Shown here piece after piece: positions 1 to 8,843 of a stretch of 20,042 nt of DNA. The translations under genes were made by a program, and so were the position numbers. Under the pieces are notes generated by a model. The model did not search any database and was not told the origin of the DNA. It saw nothing but the letters and a program-made list of their open reading frames with translations. The first letter of the stretch is position 1. Every line of letters begins with the position of its first letter. The stretch comes from Methanosarcinales archaeon (lineage in GTDB: Archaea > Halobacteriota > Methanosarcinia > DSM-18856 > Methermicoccaceae): NCBI GenBank assembly GCA_003661015.1, contig QMVI01000005.1, forward strand, positions 1 to 20,042, read 5' to 3'.

Positions 1-1469
1 TCAACATCCATTGAATCTCGGGTATATGCAGCAATTGCAGCCGATATTGCAGCCATTTTTGCATCCTCTACACCGAAAGCAGCCGCAAGCGAATCTCTCT
101 TTTCCTTCTCGTCTTTGACAATCTTTTCAACAGATGCAACTATATTTCTTTCCTGAACAAAGTGTGTGTTGTAGTTTCCTTTCCTAAACTCTTTGTCTCT
201 CATGACAGCTTTGTGGAATGGTATGTTTGTAATAACCCCCACTATTATGTATTCATAGAGCGCTCTGTCCATTCTCTTTATGCTCTCATCTCTGTTTCTT
301 CCCCACACAGACAATTTCGATATCATTGGGTCGTAGTAGGGCGGTATCTCGTAGCCCATATGCACACCACTGTCCACCCTAACTCCCGGACCTCCCGGAG
401 ATCTGTATCTTCTTATTCTGCCTGGACAAGGTGCAAAATCTCTCAATGGGTCTTCTGCGTTGATTCTGCACTCTATTGCGTGACCATTGACAGTTATGTC
501 ATCTTGGGACACACTCATACCCTCTTCAGATGCTATCAATATCTGCTCCTTTACGATATCGACCCCAGTAGTCATCTCGGTTATTGGATGCTCTACCTGT
601 AATCGTGTGTTCATTTCGAGGAAGTAGAAGTTGCCATTTGAGTATATGAACTCTACAGTCCCAGCGTTTTTGTATCCTATGATTTCCCCCACTCTTTTTG
701 CAACCTTCCCCATCTTCTCTCTAAGCTCCTCAGTCATCACAGGCGATGGGGCCTCTTCGATGAGTTTCTGATGTCTTCTCTGTATTGAGCACTCCCTCTC
801 ATTCAAGTGTATTATTTCTCCATCATAATTTCCAAGTATCTGAAATTCTATGTGTCTCGGATTTGGCAGGTATTTTTCAAGAATCAGTCTTCCATCACCG
901 AATGCAGATGTTGCCACGCTCGTCGCTCTCTCAAATGCTTTGAGGATATCCTCTTCACTACGAGCAATCTGCATTCCTATCCCGCCACCACCTGCAGAAG
1001 CCTTTAAGATGACTGGATAGCCTATTTTCTCCGCACACTTCAGCACACTATCTTCATTGATATCGGAATAACCCGGTATAACGGGAACACCACCCCTCTC
1101 CATCATCTCTTTTGCCTTGCTCTTATCCCCCATCATCTCGATAACATCACTCGAAGGGCCTATGAATGTGATACCTTCATCTTCACATCTTTTTGCAAAA
1201 CTATGGTTTTCTGCGAGAAATCCATAGCCTGGATGTATGGCATCTGCACCACACTTTTTGGCTATCTCTATGATTGCCCCTATGTTCAAATAACTCTTTG
1301 AGGGTGGAGCCTCTCCAATTCTGTATGCCTCATCTGCATATCTTGCAAACAGTGCACCCTTGTCAGCGTCAGAATAAACTGCAACGCTCTTTATTCCAAG
1401 TTCTCTGCACGCCCTCATCACACGGATCGCTATCTCTCCTCTGTTCGCTACGAGCACTTTTTTGAACAT
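1..1469 (-). CDS. Biotin carboxylase (ATP-grasp) subunit of a biotin-dependent carboxylase (pyruvate carboxylase subunit A / acetyl-CoA carboxylase AccC type); C-terminus runs off the window
   Basis: Absent from the ORF track because no stop lies in the window. Manual reverse translation from ATG (1469-1467) gives an uninterrupted ~489-codon frame: [37 protein letters not shown]...[11 protein letters not shown]...[20 protein letters not shown]...[16 protein letters not shown]...[11 protein letters not shown]. These are hallmark biotin carboxylase motifs. Confidence 0.9.
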   Translation of the reverse strand, partial: MFKKVLVANRGEIAIRVMRACRELGIKSVAVYSDADKGALFARYADEAYRIGEAPPSKSYLNIGAIIEIAKKCGADAIHPGYGFLAENHSFAKRCEDEGITFIGPSSDVIEMMGDKSKAKEMMERGGVPVIPGYSDINEDSVLKCAEKIGYPVILKASAGGGGIGMQIARSEEDILKAFERATSVATSAFGDGRLILEKYLPNPRHIEFQILGNYDGEIIHLNERECSIQRRHQKLIEEAPSPVMTEELREKMGKVAKRVGEIIGYKNAGTVEFIYSNGNFYFLEMNTRLQVEHPITEMTTGVDIVKEQILIASEEGMSVSQDDITVNGHAIECRINAEDPLRDFAPCPGRIRRYRSPGGPGVRVDSGVHMGYEIPPYYDPMISKLSVWGRNRDESIKRMDRALYEYIIVGVITNIPFHKAVMRDKEFRKGNYNTHFVQERNIVASVEKIVKDEKEKRDSLAAAFGVEDAKMAAISAAIAAYTRDSMDV

Positions 1470-1482
1470 GGTACCATAATTA

Positions 1483-1492
1483 ATTTTAAACT
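1483..1492 (+). promoter_or_regulatory. TATA-like box for thiDN (leaderless-type spacing)
   Basis: The A/T-rich ATTTTAAACT is centred about 26 nt upstream of ATG 1513. The 43-bp divergent spacer also carries ATTAATAG on the other strand, about 25 nt from the biotin carboxylase ATG. Confidence 0.3.
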
Positions 1493-1512
1493 ATTAATGG
1501 TTATTCTGTGGT

Positions 1513-2829
1513 ATGAAGTGTGTAATGACGGTTGCAGGTTCTGATTCTGGGGGTGGTGCTGGGATACAAGCTGACTTGAAGACGTTTGGTGCTCTTGGAG
1601 TTCATGGTGTGAGTGTTGTAACTGCCATCACCTCACAGAACACGTTGGGCGTCCGTTCAATACATATTGTGCCTGTTGATGAAATCGAGTCTCAGTTTGA
1701 AGCAATCTTCGAAGACTTCAATGTTGAGTGGTGTAAAACAGGCATGCTTCCAAATGAGGAGACTATAAAGCTTGTTTGTGAAATACAGAAAAAGTATGGG
1801 TTGTCTCTGGTTGTTGACCCAGTTGTTTATGCGGAAAGTGGTGCGAAATTGACCAAATCAGCTGATGCATTGTGGAGGATTATGCAGAGATGCGTGGTTG
1901 CGACTCCAAACAAGATGGAGGCAGAGCTACTTTCAGGGGTCAGAATAGAATGCGAGGATGATGTTATTGAGGCGGGAGAGAGAATTGTTAAGAGGGGGTG
2001 TTCTGCTGTTGTGATAACGGGTGGTCATCTGGATGGCTCTGATTACTTGATTACATCTGATGAAGTTGAGGTGATAAGAGGGAAGTTGGTGGAAGGAGGA
2101 ACACACGGTGCTGGCTGTACTTTCTCTGCAGCCCTCACATCTTACTTATCGAGGGGATTTGACCTTCTGGAAGCATGCAAACTGGCAAAGGAATTTACAA
2201 AGTCTGCAATAATACACAGTACTCCTGTTGGAAGAGGTTCACATCCCGTTGACCAACTTCACGAGACAAGGGAATACTCAGAACGTTTTAAAGTCCTTTT
2301 GAATGTCAGGAAAGCGGTTGATATCATTGTCAGCACCCCCGAGTTTTCCGAGGTTATACCTGAGGTTGGCACAAATGTGGGCATGGGCATAATGGGGGCA
2401 AAAAGCGAGGAGGATGTTGCTGCTGTGAGCGGAAGGATTGTTCGTACTCTCTGTACGACATCTCTCACCCAGTAGCCAAACGCATGTGGTGATGTAGAGT
2501 TTGGGGCAAGTGGGCATGTTGCAAGAATAATACTCACCGCTCATTCCATATTTCCACACATAAGAGCTGCAATTAATATGAGGTATGGAGAGGATGTTAT
2601 CAGGGCATGTGAGATACTGGGTTTGAGGATAGGTAGTTTTTCGAGAGATGAAGAGCCGGAAGGTGTATCCACGATGGAGTGGGGAATTTCGACAGTGCTA
2701 TCCAAGGGAGAAGTCGATGTGATATACGATAAGGGAGCAGTAGGCAAGGAGCCCATGGTCAGGTTGATAGGAAAGGATGCAGTTGAGGTTGCACAGAGAG
2801 CTGTTGATATTGCAAGATTTATAAGTTAG
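1513..2829 (+). CDS. thiDN: Bifunctional ThiD-ThiN (HMP/HMP-P kinase fused to ThiN-type thiamine-phosphate synthase), with one in-frame TAG at 2473-2475
   Basis: ORF-track pieces 1513..2475 and 2578..2829 share a frame and are separated by a single TAG. Hand translation of 2476-2577 ([34 protein letters not shown]) has no other stop. The N-terminal half carries ThiD motifs ([32 protein letters not shown]). The C-terminal half carries ThiN-type motifs ([28 protein letters not shown]) on both sides of the TAG. The annotated end is itself a TAG (2827-2829); the next in-frame stop is TGA 2851-2853. Confidence 0.85.
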
Positions 2830-2847
2830 GAATTGGATAGAAATAAT

Positions 2848-3145
2848 GGGTGAGAGAGGAAGGGCGGCTTACGCACCCATGGGGTGTGAGGAAAGTCCCC
2901 CCTCCGTTTGGACGCACGAACGCCCGAAAGGGCGTAGGGCGAGAGCCCTGGCAATGGCACAGAAACGACACCGCCACGTATGAGTGCGATGATTCCGCAA
3001 GGATGAGGTCGTACGTGTGCGGATGAAACGGCAAATCCTCGTGGGTGCAAGCGGTGGATGAAGGCGGACGTCCAACCGCCTCCACCAATATGCGCTTAGC
3101 CAAATGCCGCCGAAACAGAAGGGGGCTTACTCTCCTCACTCACCC
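2848..3145 (+). ncRNA. rnpB: RNase P RNA (archaeal type A-like)
   Basis: The universally conserved GAGGAAAGUCC (CR-I) is present and pairs, as P4 (AAGUCCCCC / GGGGGCUU), with a 3' ACAGAAGGGGGCUUAC element (the CR-V-like ACAGAA..GGCUUA motif). P2 is GGCGGC (2863-2868) / GCCGCC (3106-3111). The P1 terminal helix pairs GGGUGAG.GAGGA (2848-2860) with UCUCC.CUCACCC (3131-3145). The region is GC-rich and structured, and its only ORFs (2819..3139, 2826..3050, 2869..3075) are composition artefacts. Ends are approximate, within a few nt. Confidence 0.9.
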
Positions 3146-4209
3146 TTTGCTTTCGACACTCCCGCCTCCTCAAATGTTTTCATTTCGGTGAGAATTTTAG
3201 CACTTGCCTCCACGATTGAGATTCCAAGCGCAGCACCTGTCCCCTCGCCGAGACGCATATTGAAATTGAATAGGGGATTGAGTCCAAGTTCATTCAGAAC
3301 CGCTGAATGTCCCGGTTCTGCCGATTTATGTGCTATAGTCAGGTAATTCTTGACTTCCGGATGCAATTTAGATGCAATCAAAGCCCCGACTCCGGAAATG
3401 AATCCATCCACTACGACCGGTACATGGTTAGCACATGCAGAAAGCACAACACCACATATGCCTCCTATCTCAAAACCACCAACCTTTGATAAAACATCTA
3501 TTGGGTCGGCGGGGTCTGGTTTGTGAAGCTCGATTGCATTTTCTATGGCTTCAATCTTTCTTTTTAGCTTTTCATCATCTATACCAGTTCCTCTCCCACA
3601 AACCTTCTACACGGGGAGTCCTGTGAATACCGCTGTGATGGCGGTGGAGGGTGATGTGTTCCCGATTCCCATATCCCCTGTTCCAACCACATCACATCCT
3701 CGTTTATAAATTTCCTCAAAAATCTCTATTCCAGCCTCTATAGAGCGTATGGCTTGTTTTCTTGTCATGGCAGGCTCTTTTTCCATATTCCTTGTTCCAT
3801 GTCCTATTTTTTTCACGATGAAGTCTTGACGAGATTCAGGGGGTGGTCTGATGTCGGATTTCACACCCATATCCACCACAATCACTTTTGCACCGACATG
3901 TCTTGCAAGAACATTTATCGCAGCTCCACCAGATAAAAAATTGTACACCATCTGGGCGGTAACATCTTGCGGGTATATACCAATACCACTCTCAACTATC
4001 CCATGGTCTCCCGCCATCGTGATTATGACCTTTGAGTCGATTCTTGGCATTGGATTTCGTGTTATGCCAGCGAGTTTGACCGACAGATCTTCAAGAAGCC
4101 CAAGGCTTCCAATGGGTTTTGTTAAATTGTCCTGCCTGTCCTTTGCCTTCTTCATCGCTTCTTCATCAAGTGGTTCGATTCTTTCAATAGTCCTTTCAAT
4201 GGTATCCAT
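3136..4209 (-). CDS. cobT: Nicotinate-nucleotide--dimethylbenzimidazole phosphoribosyltransferase (CobT), with one in-frame TAG at 3607-3609
   Basis: ORF-track pieces 3607..4209 and 3136..3447 are in the same frame. Hand translation across the gap reads ...[75 protein letters not shown]... with no other stop. CobT motifs lie on both sides ([13 protein letters not shown] upstream; [25 protein letters not shown] downstream). Total is 357 codons, a typical CobT length. Stop is TGA. Confidence 0.88.
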
Positions 4210-4232
4210 TTCTCACCCCACTATCACACTCA

Positions 4233-4243
4233 GTATAAAGTTT
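4233..4243 (-). promoter_or_regulatory. TATA-like box for cobT
   Basis: The minus strand reads AAACTTTATAC, centred about 27 nt upstream of the cobT ATG (4209). Confidence 0.3.
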
Positions 4244-4341
4244 AAAAAATTTTTTAACTTTAATCAAAATATTTTTAGAAAGTTGTAAATTATATTTGAA
4301 TTGGGAATTTGAATTAGAGGTATGAATAATCTATGGAATAA

Positions 4342-4351
4342 TCTATAAATG
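4342..4351 (+). promoter_or_regulatory. TATA-like box for the HerA-like gene
   Basis: TCTATAAATG is centred about 28 nt upstream of ATG 4374. It lies within the tandem 11-nt repeat GAATAATCTAT (4324-4334 and 4336-4346). Confidence 0.3.
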
Positions 4352-4373
4352 TATAACTGCACCATCATGAATT

Positions 4374-5945
4374 ATGTTGCTTGGCAGAGTATGTACCTTT
4401 GACGCAGATACTTTCGAATTCATAACAAGAAAAGTAATTCCTTCTGGTATGTTTGTGTGCTATTACGAAGAAGATAAGCCGGTACTGTGTAGAGTGTGCG
4501 AGTGTACACCTTTGAATGAGCTCCCACCTGAGCTGTTGGATGCAGAGTCGGTAAAATGGGAGGAGATAATGGAGTTTTTCGGGTTTGATACCACTAATTT
4601 CAAACTTTTTAGTGTAAAAGCAAAACTTATAGGATATTTTGACAAAAACCTCGGCGAATTCATAAATCCAAGAAGGATGCCTCCGCCCGGCACACCTGTT
4701 GAGGAAGCTGGCAGGGATGTGTTGGTGTACCTCAGCAAGGTGGGAGACGGAGAAGGCTCTGCTTACATAGGAGAGGTGCTTGGCACTGATGTTCCAGTGT
4801 ATATTTCGGTAAGGGATATCGTGAGTCAGCACCTCTCTGTCATAGCATCAACCGGTGCTGGAAAATCATATGCAGTGGGTGTGATTCTTGAGGAGATGAT
4901 GATGCCCAAGAACTGTGCATCTGTTCTTGTGCTTGACCCACATGGTGAATATTCATCGATGGTAGAAATCATGAACAATCAGAATTTCAGGTCTGAGGAG
5001 TATCGGGCTAATGTAATGGTTGTGAAGCCAGAGAAAATAAAAGTTAGGCTGGGCGACCTTGAGCCAGAGGACTTGTTATCACTCATAGATGATGGAAACC
5101 TCTCTGAGAAGATGAGAACCTTCCTCACCAAGGCATATTATGACGCAAAAGAAAACATCCTCACGTATTCGAGTCTAATTGGTGCGGTTGAAGCTTTGGG
5201 GGAGGACAAGAGACACGAATCAACTGTTGATGCACTTAGATGGAGGCTCGAAAAACTTCGAAGAGTGGGTGTTCTTGATGACTATCGTGGAATTCCTCTC
5301 AGAGATTATTTCAGAGCAGGAAGACTGACAATCGTTGATGTGAGTGGCATACCAGACAGTCTACAACAACTTGTTGCAACAGTTCTTCTGAGACTGCTGT
5401 TTGATGCAAGAAAGGGAACTATCACGGGAGAGTATGTAGAAGGAGATGAGAGATATATCCCTTCCCCAGCGTTTGTCGTACTTGAAGAAGCCCACAGATT
5501 TGCACCAAGAGAAGGATTCTCTCTATCGAAAAAGATACTGAAGACAATTCTTTCTGAGGGAAGGAAGTTTGGTGTGGGCGTCTGCCTGATATCACAAAGG
5601 CCAAGCAAGATTGATCAGGATGTATTGTCTCAATGTCTGTCTCAAATCACACTGAGAATTGTGAATCCAGCTGACCAAGAGTACATAGCACAAACAGTAG
5701 AGAGTTTCAGCAGGGACATCGTGAGGGAACTACCTTCATTACCCACAGGTGTCGCCATCGTTTCTGGTATATGCATAAATACACCCACGCTTGTTAGGGT
5801 GAGGAACAGAATCATCAAACCGAGGATTGGGCAGTCGATAAATGCACCTGCGGAATGGAGGAGAATTGCCCAAGAGACAGATGACAGAATGTCGGAAGTG
5901 CCAGCACACAAATCATCATCGATTGAGGAGGACCTTGGGATATGA
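4374..5945 (+). CDS. HerA/DUF87-family P-loop ATPase (FtsK-HerA superfamily)
   Basis: 523-aa ORF with Walker A (IASTGAGKSYAVG), Walker B (FVVLEEAHRFAP) and the downstream EGRKFGVGVCLISQRPSKIDQDVLSQC...LRIVNPADQ block typical of HerA/DUF87 ATPases. The N-terminal ~130 aa resemble a HAS-barrel-like region. Stop is TGA, overlapping the ubiX ATG (ATGA). Confidence 0.8.
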   Translation: MLLGRVCTFDADTFEFITRKVIPSGMFVCYYEEDKPVLCRVCECTPLNELPPELLDAESVKWEEIMEFFGFDTTNFKLFSVKAKLIGYFDKNLGEFINPRRMPPPGTPVEEAGRDVLVYLSKVGDGEGSAYIGEVLGTDVPVYISVRDIVSQHLSVIASTGAGKSYAVGVILEEMMMPKNCASVLVLDPHGEYSSMVEIMNNQNFRSEEYRANVMVVKPEKIKVRLGDLEPEDLLSLIDDGNLSEKMRTFLTKAYYDAKENILTYSSLIGAVEALGEDKRHESTVDALRWRLEKLRRVGVLDDYRGIPLRDYFRAGRLTIVDVSGIPDSLQQLVATVLLRLLFDARKGTITGEYVEGDERYIPSPAFVVLEEAHRFAPREGFSLSKKILKTILSEGRKFGVGVCLISQRPSKIDQDVLSQCLSQITLRIVNPADQEYIAQTVESFSRDIVRELPSLPTGVAIVSGICINTPTLVRVRNRIIKPRIGQSINAPAEWRRIAQETDDRMSEVPAHKSSSIEEDLGI

Positions 5946-6529
5946 GGATAGTGGTTGGAATGACCGGAGCAAGCGGGATACAGATAGGATTGAAGATACT
6001 TGATGTGCTGAGCGAGGGAGGGGATGACATTGACATAGATCTGATACTCTCGAAACCAGCTCTCAGAATATTACAACTCGAGACTGACATGTTTCCAGAA
6101 GATGTGGTTGAAAAGGCTACGTTTGTGTGGGACGATTATGATATGGATGCTCCAGTAGCGAGCGGCTCCTGTCGATTTGATGGCATGGTTGTTGTACCGT
6201 GCAGTATGAAGACACTTGGAGAAATAGCATCAGGCATATCCCAGACGCTCATTTCAAGGGTTGCTGATGTATGTCTGAAAGAGAGAAGAAAACTCGTCCT
6301 CGTTCCGAGGGAGACACCTCTCAACGTCATACATCTGGAGAACATGTTGAAAGTTGCAAGGGCTGGAGCCATTGTGCTTCCAGCATGTCCTGCATATTAC
6401 ACAAGACCAAGGACTGCTGAGGATTGCATAGATTTCATAGCAGGCAGAGTTCTGGATATGCTTGGTGTCAAGCATTCTCTATACACAAGTTGGGAAGAGT
6501 TGAGAGAGGACGAACTCAGAGAAGGCTGA
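5942..6529 (+). CDS. ubiX: Flavin prenyltransferase UbiX (prenylated-FMN synthase)
   Basis: 195-aa ORF. Motifs: MRIVVGMTGASG N-terminus, VVVPCSMKTLGEIASG, and LKERRKLVLVPRETPL..IHLENM. These form the characteristic UbiX/Pad1 flavoprotein pattern. Confidence 0.88.
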   Translation: MRIVVGMTGASGIQIGLKILDVLSEGGDDIDIDLILSKPALRILQLETDMFPEDVVEKATFVWDDYDMDAPVASGSCRFDGMVVVPCSMKTLGEIASGISQTLISRVADVCLKERRKLVLVPRETPLNVIHLENMLKVARAGAIVLPACPAYYTRPRTAEDCIDFIAGRVLDMLGVKHSLYTSWEELREDELREG

Positions 6530-7673
6530 GTACCTCTTTCAGAATCTCTGAACTCTTTGGTCTGTCCTCATAGAGCTGCGGTATCTTAACAGTCTTTCCA
6601 TCGAGCCTTACAATCTCTCCACCTTCATCAAGTCCGAGCTTTGCAACCGGGAATGAATGGTGTGCGAGCTTTGTTGTGAGCGTTGGATGAGGCGACAGAG
6701 AGATTATTTTCGCATCGTTGCATGGAAGTTCGAATAGCACATCTCCACACAGGTCTATTATCAGGTCAGCTCCGCTTTTGTATATTGGTTCGGATTTTGT
6801 CCATTCGCCATCATATTTGATGGCATTTATGGAACCACTCCTTTCCATCATGAGTGTGCAAACCCCTCTTGAATTTGCGTTCAGGAATAGAGGTGAGAAT
6901 GAGAATGTAGTTTTCAGTTCAAGTGTCTCTTTCAACTCCAAAAAAGGTTTGAGCTCTTCATCCTTTACAGCCTCGTTTCCTATGATTACAACGCCATCCT
7001 CTGCCCTCTTTATTAGCCTTACAAGGTTTATTATCTCCTTTTGTTCAACATATTTTGTGGGTCTTGGAACACTCCCAGCTATCGCATCTGAGAGTATTGT
7101 GTAAAACTTGCTTATTTCAGCATACTCGACCTTCATATACTTGTTTACAACTCTGCCACACGATGATTGGTGCGCATCTATACACACAGTCTTCCTGTCT
7201 TTCTCCCATCCTTGTTGTCTTTTTTCTCCCCTTGGATAGTAAGAGTACATCGAAAGATGTCTTGGATGTGTGCTCAAAGGGTCACAAAAGAGGTATAGGA
7301 TAACATCTGCGTTGTCTTTTATCCAGTCAAGGCTAACTTCCCTCAATTCTCCTCGGAGTAATAGTTCCAGTACATGTCCGTGGTAGAGAGATGTCTCGTT
7401 ATCGACTCTTGCACCGACTTTTTCTGCTATATCAAGAGCATAACCAACGGCTTCCTGAGAGAGGTTTGATAGCCCATATATCAGAGGAGTAGATGCCTTA
7501 TCCAACTCCTGAGCAATCAGTTCGGCAACCTCCTCAACATCCAGCTCTTTCTTTAGATTTGCTTTGAGGTATTCAGTTCCTTTCCGACAGGCATTGAAGA
7601 TATCTGCCCCGTCTATCACCACGTCCTCACATGCGAGGGCACAACCCGTGCATACAGTAGTTATGGTACTCAT
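6516..7673 (-). CDS. Formylmethanofuran dehydrogenase subunit B (FwdB/FmdB)-like molybdopterin-oxidoreductase-family protein, divergent and orphan
   Basis: 385-aa ORF. It has an N-terminal Cys cluster (VCTGCALACED...NACRKG), then PLIYGLS, VGARVDNETSLYHG, NADVILYLFCDPLSTHPRH, and a C-terminal block (SLSPHPTLTTKLAHHSFPVAKLGLDEGGEIVRLDG), collinear with FwdB as I recall it. No fwdA/C/D genes are adjacent. Confidence 0.6.
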   Translation of the reverse strand: MSTITTVCTGCALACEDVVIDGADIFNACRKGTEYLKANLKKELDVEEVAELIAQELDKASTPLIYGLSNLSQEAVGYALDIAEKVGARVDNETSLYHGHVLELLLRGELREVSLDWIKDNADVILYLFCDPLSTHPRHLSMYSYYPRGEKRQQGWEKDRKTVCIDAHQSSCGRVVNKYMKVEYAEISKFYTILSDAIAGSVPRPTKYVEQKEIINLVRLIKRAEDGVVIIGNEAVKDEELKPFLELKETLELKTTFSFSPLFLNANSRGVCTLMMERSGSINAIKYDGEWTKSEPIYKSGADLIIDLCGDVLFELPCNDAKIISLSPHPTLTTKLAHHSFPVAKLGLDEGGEIVRLDGKTVKIPQLYEDRPKSSEILKEVLSLL

Positions 7674-7697
7674 GTTAAATGGACAGACAACCTTCGT

Positions 7698-7706
7698 GTA
7701 TATATT
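7698..7706 (-). promoter_or_regulatory. TATA-like box for the FwdB-like gene, inside a 13-nt direct repeat
   Basis: The minus strand reads AATATATAC, centred about 29 nt upstream of ATG 7673. CCTTCGTGTATAT occurs twice (7691-7703 and 7708-7720). Confidence 0.3.
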
Positions 7707-7727
7707 GCCTTCGTGTATATGTTGTTT

Positions 7728-8837
7728 TCAAAGGAAGTCTATCAGTGTGCTTTTGATGAGTTCTGACTTCTTCTTTTCCTCCTTTCCTTCCTCCTCGTAG
7801 CCATCGTAGTCTTTGATTCCAGATATTATGGCAAGTACCCTCACTTTACCCTCGTAGTCATCTCTCACTCTTGCTCCCCATATCACATTGGCATCATCGG
7901 AGATTTCAGATGTTAATGACCTTCCTATTAGGTTTGCCTCTTCAAGTGTCAGGTCAGGTCCACCTGTGATATGTATGAGTGCTCCTGTCGCGCCATGGAA
8001 TGTTGTGTTAAGTAGCTGATTATTCACCGCATATCTCACAACATCGTTTGCCTTTTCTGGTCCACTTGCCTCTCCAACAAGTATGGTTGCAGTTTTACCC
8101 TGACCTTTGCTTCCTCCCATCACGGATTTCACATCTGCATAGTCAAGGTTTATGAGAGATGGCTGGGTTATGGTCTCTGTTATACCTTTTATGGTCTCTG
8201 CTATGATTTGGTCCATGACCAAAAATGCCTGTTCGATTGGAAGATGTGGTACTATGTCAAGTAATCTCTGATTATCGAGGATTATAACTGTCTGGGACAC
8301 CTTTTTGAGCTCTCTTATCCCTTTCTCCGCCTTTGCACTTCTTGCTCTTTCAGTCAAAAACGGTGTGGAGACCATAGATATAACGATAGCACCAGTTTCT
8401 TTTGCAATTTCTGCAACAACAGGTGCAACACCTGTACCTGTTCCTCCCCCCATTCCAGCGGTTATAAAGACAAGGTCAGCACCCTCGATGTGTGGTCTCA
8501 GCTTCTCTCTTGAATTCTCTGCAGCCCTCCTCCCCTTTTCAGGGTCGCCACCAGTTCCAAGGCCTCTCGTTATGGACTTGCCTACTAGAATCTTCTTGTC
8601 TGCTTGTGTTATTCTGAGGTGTTGATGGTCTGTGTTTATTGCAATGGTCTCTGCACCTTCAATACCCATCTCAAAAAGACGGCGTATGGTGTTGTTGCCA
8701 GCACCTCCACATCCAATCACTTTTATTCTTGGTTTGTATTCATGTACATCGTCTAACTCGCCCTCAATATCCAACCCTTTTTTTGCATAACTCAAAGCCG
8801 CATTTATTATAGATTCCATTATATCCATCCCCTCCAT
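7728..8837 (-). CDS. ftsZ: Cell division GTPase FtsZ
   Basis: 369-aa ORF with the tubulin/FtsZ signature: [38 protein letters not shown], and the T7-loop region NLDYADV. It has an acidic C-terminal tail. It starts 6 nt after the cdrS-like stop. Confidence 0.95.
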   Translation of the reverse strand: MEGMDIMESIINAALSYAKKGLDIEGELDDVHEYKPRIKVIGCGGAGNNTIRRLFEMGIEGAETIAINTDHQHLRITQADKKILVGKSITRGLGTGGDPEKGRRAAENSREKLRPHIEGADLVFITAGMGGGTGTGVAPVVAEIAKETGAIVISMVSTPFLTERARSAKAEKGIRELKKVSQTVIILDNQRLLDIVPHLPIEQAFLVMDQIIAETIKGITETITQPSLINLDYADVKSVMGGSKGQGKTATILVGEASGPEKANDVVRYAVNNQLLNTTFHGATGALIHITGGPDLTLEEANLIGRSLTSEISDDANVIWGARVRDDYEGKVRVLAIISGIKDYDGYEEEGKEEKKKSELIKSTLIDFL

Positions 8838-8843
8838 GGACTT

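Noticed and set aside
162-1465. Plus-strand ORFs 162..602, 807..1007 and 1274..1465
   Set aside because: They are antisense to an uninterrupted biotin carboxylase frame with strong motif content. Their translations are low-complexity and Cys/His/Tyr-rich.
2819-3346. ORFs 2819..3139(-), 2826..3050(-), 2869..3075(-) and 3104..3346(+)
   Set aside because: The first three lie across the RNase P RNA, in GC-rich structured sequence with Arg/Pro/Ser-rich nonsense translations. The last is antisense to the well-supported cobT C-terminus.
1513-4209. Interpreting the split thiD/thiN and cobT pieces (and the truncated trm5) as pseudogenes or as separate small genes
   Set aside because: Each interruption is a single in-frame TAG. 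There are no frameshifts, no TGA or TAA, and no other lesions. Conserved motifs continue in the same frame on both sides, and the downstream pieces would need distant non-ATG or internal starts that delete conserved blocks. Several independent TAG-only knockouts of housekeeping genes in 20 kb is much less parsimonious than TAG decoding. Pseudogenisation still cannot be excluded without genome-wide data.
3754-4832. ORFs 3754..3936(+), 3851..4288(+), 4365..4832(-) and 4463..4738(-)
   Set aside because: They are antisense shadows of cobT and the HerA-like gene. They show no recognisable motifs, and they cross the AT-rich intergenic promoter region.
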